This document shows, piece by piece, positions 56,498 to 57,189 of a stretch of 57,189 nucleotides of DNA. The notes under the pieces are model-generated. The model made no database searches and had not been told where the DNA came from. It was given only the letters and a program-made list of their open reading frames with translations. The stretch comes from a virus (taxonomy: Duplodnaviria > Caudoviricetes), in the IMG/VR virus record IMGVR_UViG_3300035703_000112, positions 1-57,189 of that record; one strand, given 5' to 3'. The position numbers were made by a program, and so were the translations under genes. The stretch's first letter is position 1. Each line of letters opens with the position of its first letter.

Positions 56498-57023
56498 TCG
56501 TGGGCTACTATATCTTATCATTTCAGTAACGTGTTTTTTCATTGCAACCAGTTGCAATACGGAAAAACGTCTTCAGAAAGCAGAGGTATTGTTAGCTTCA
56601 AAGGGCCGTCTCTCAGAGATTTGTGCGGATAGATTTCCTCCTAAAGATTCAATAGTATATAGGGATAGTGTTAAGTGGGACACGTTATATGAGGGTATTT
56701 ATAGTATTGATACTATATATGATAATGACACCGTAAAGGTGTTTTTGACACTTCCCGCCAAAATCATAACAAAAGAAGTAGTAAAGTATCGTGATATATA
56801 TAGAGAGAACACAGCTAAAGTAAAAGAACTGGAAGGTAAATTGTCTGTTTGCAGTTTGCAATCTGCAAATTATTCAATAGAGTTAGTAAAATTAAGAGCT
56901 GAATCTAGTAAATGGGAAAAGCTGGCTAAACAAAGATGGTGGTTCTTATGGATTTTAATTTTATTGGCTGTCGGATTCACGATGAGAAAAAAAATATTTA
57001 ACCTATTAAAATTATTCATATGA
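56490..57023 (+). CDS. Putative unimolecular spanin
   Basis: Lipobox-like IATS-C, coiled coil, C-terminal transmembrane segment WWFLWILILLAVGF. Confidence 0.6.
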   Translation: MHNRGLLYLIISVTCFFIATSCNTEKRLQKAEVLLASKGRLSEICADRFPPKDSIVYRDSVKWDTLYEGIYSIDTIYDNDTVKVFLTLPAKIITKEVVKYRDIYRENTAKVKELEGKLSVCSLQSANYSIELVKLRAESSKWEKLAKQRWWFLWILILLAVGFTMRKKIFNLLKLFI

Positions 57024-57189
57024 AATACTTCCCTGCTGTAATCGTATTGTTAGTTGCTTTTTTATTTACATATTTTGGGTTCTTTGAGACTCAAGCTTGT
57101 GATTTAGATGCAGTTTATCTTAGCTGTAGACTTAATCCGTTTACTGCTTTCGATTTAATTGGATGCTTGTTGTTTTATGGTGGATGCGT
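57020..57189 (+). CDS. Partial membrane protein (runs off the window)
   Basis: MKYFPAVIVLLVAFLFTYFGF...; ATGA overlap with the upstream stop. Confidence 0.5.
   Translation, partial: MKYFPAVIVLLVAFLFTYFGFFETQACDLDAVYLSCRLNPFTAFDLIGCLLFYGGC

Noticed and set aside
1-57189. Stop-codon reassignment as in some crAss-like phages
   Set aside because: Long genes are intact in the standard code, and TAG and TGA both end genes normally
1-57189. tRNA genes, integrase/att site, introns or inteins
   Set aside because: No cloverleaf, recombinase motif or split conserved gene was recognised by eye; tRNAscan-SE and HMM searches would be needed to exclude them formally

Overview
This window is part of an AT-rich (about 35% GC by eye) tailed dsDNA phage genome read in the standard genetic code. 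The host is very likely a Bacteroidota species, judged from the TTTG-N19/20-TAnnTTTG promoters, A-rich translation starts and Q-rule signal peptides. From left to right it holds: (1) small early genes and thyX (195-1765); (2) a leftward nucleotide and replication block with a metallophosphoesterase, an SSB-like protein, a Twinkle/T7 gp4-like primase-helicase, a DUF4373-like initiator with internal iterons and a structured leader, and a NinG/HNH-like protein (1770-9361); (3) a LuxR-type HTH gene and a block of four glycosyltransferases interleaved with Thr/Ser-rich virion-like proteins (9531-17735); (4) lysine-rich small proteins; (5) a podovirus/crAss-like morphogenesis module with terminase, portal, scaffold, major capsid protein, ring proteins, nozzle and ejection proteins, including a 2889-aa polyvalent protein with ADP-ribosyltransferase and DNA-glycosylase-like cassettes; (6) a tail-fibre locus; and (7) holin and u-spanin-like lysis genes. 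The most unusual observations are a tail-fibre-like protein and its two chaperone-like neighbours that all carry Sec signal peptides; an approximately 75-aa module reused 7 times in 5 proteins; direct repeats that bracket the ART domain; strong over-representation of CGGGAAG/CTTCCCG; two switch-like structured 5' leaders; and a shared K-I-K-[LV]-K motif in small basic proteins. All family calls come from recognising motifs by eye; no searches were run.
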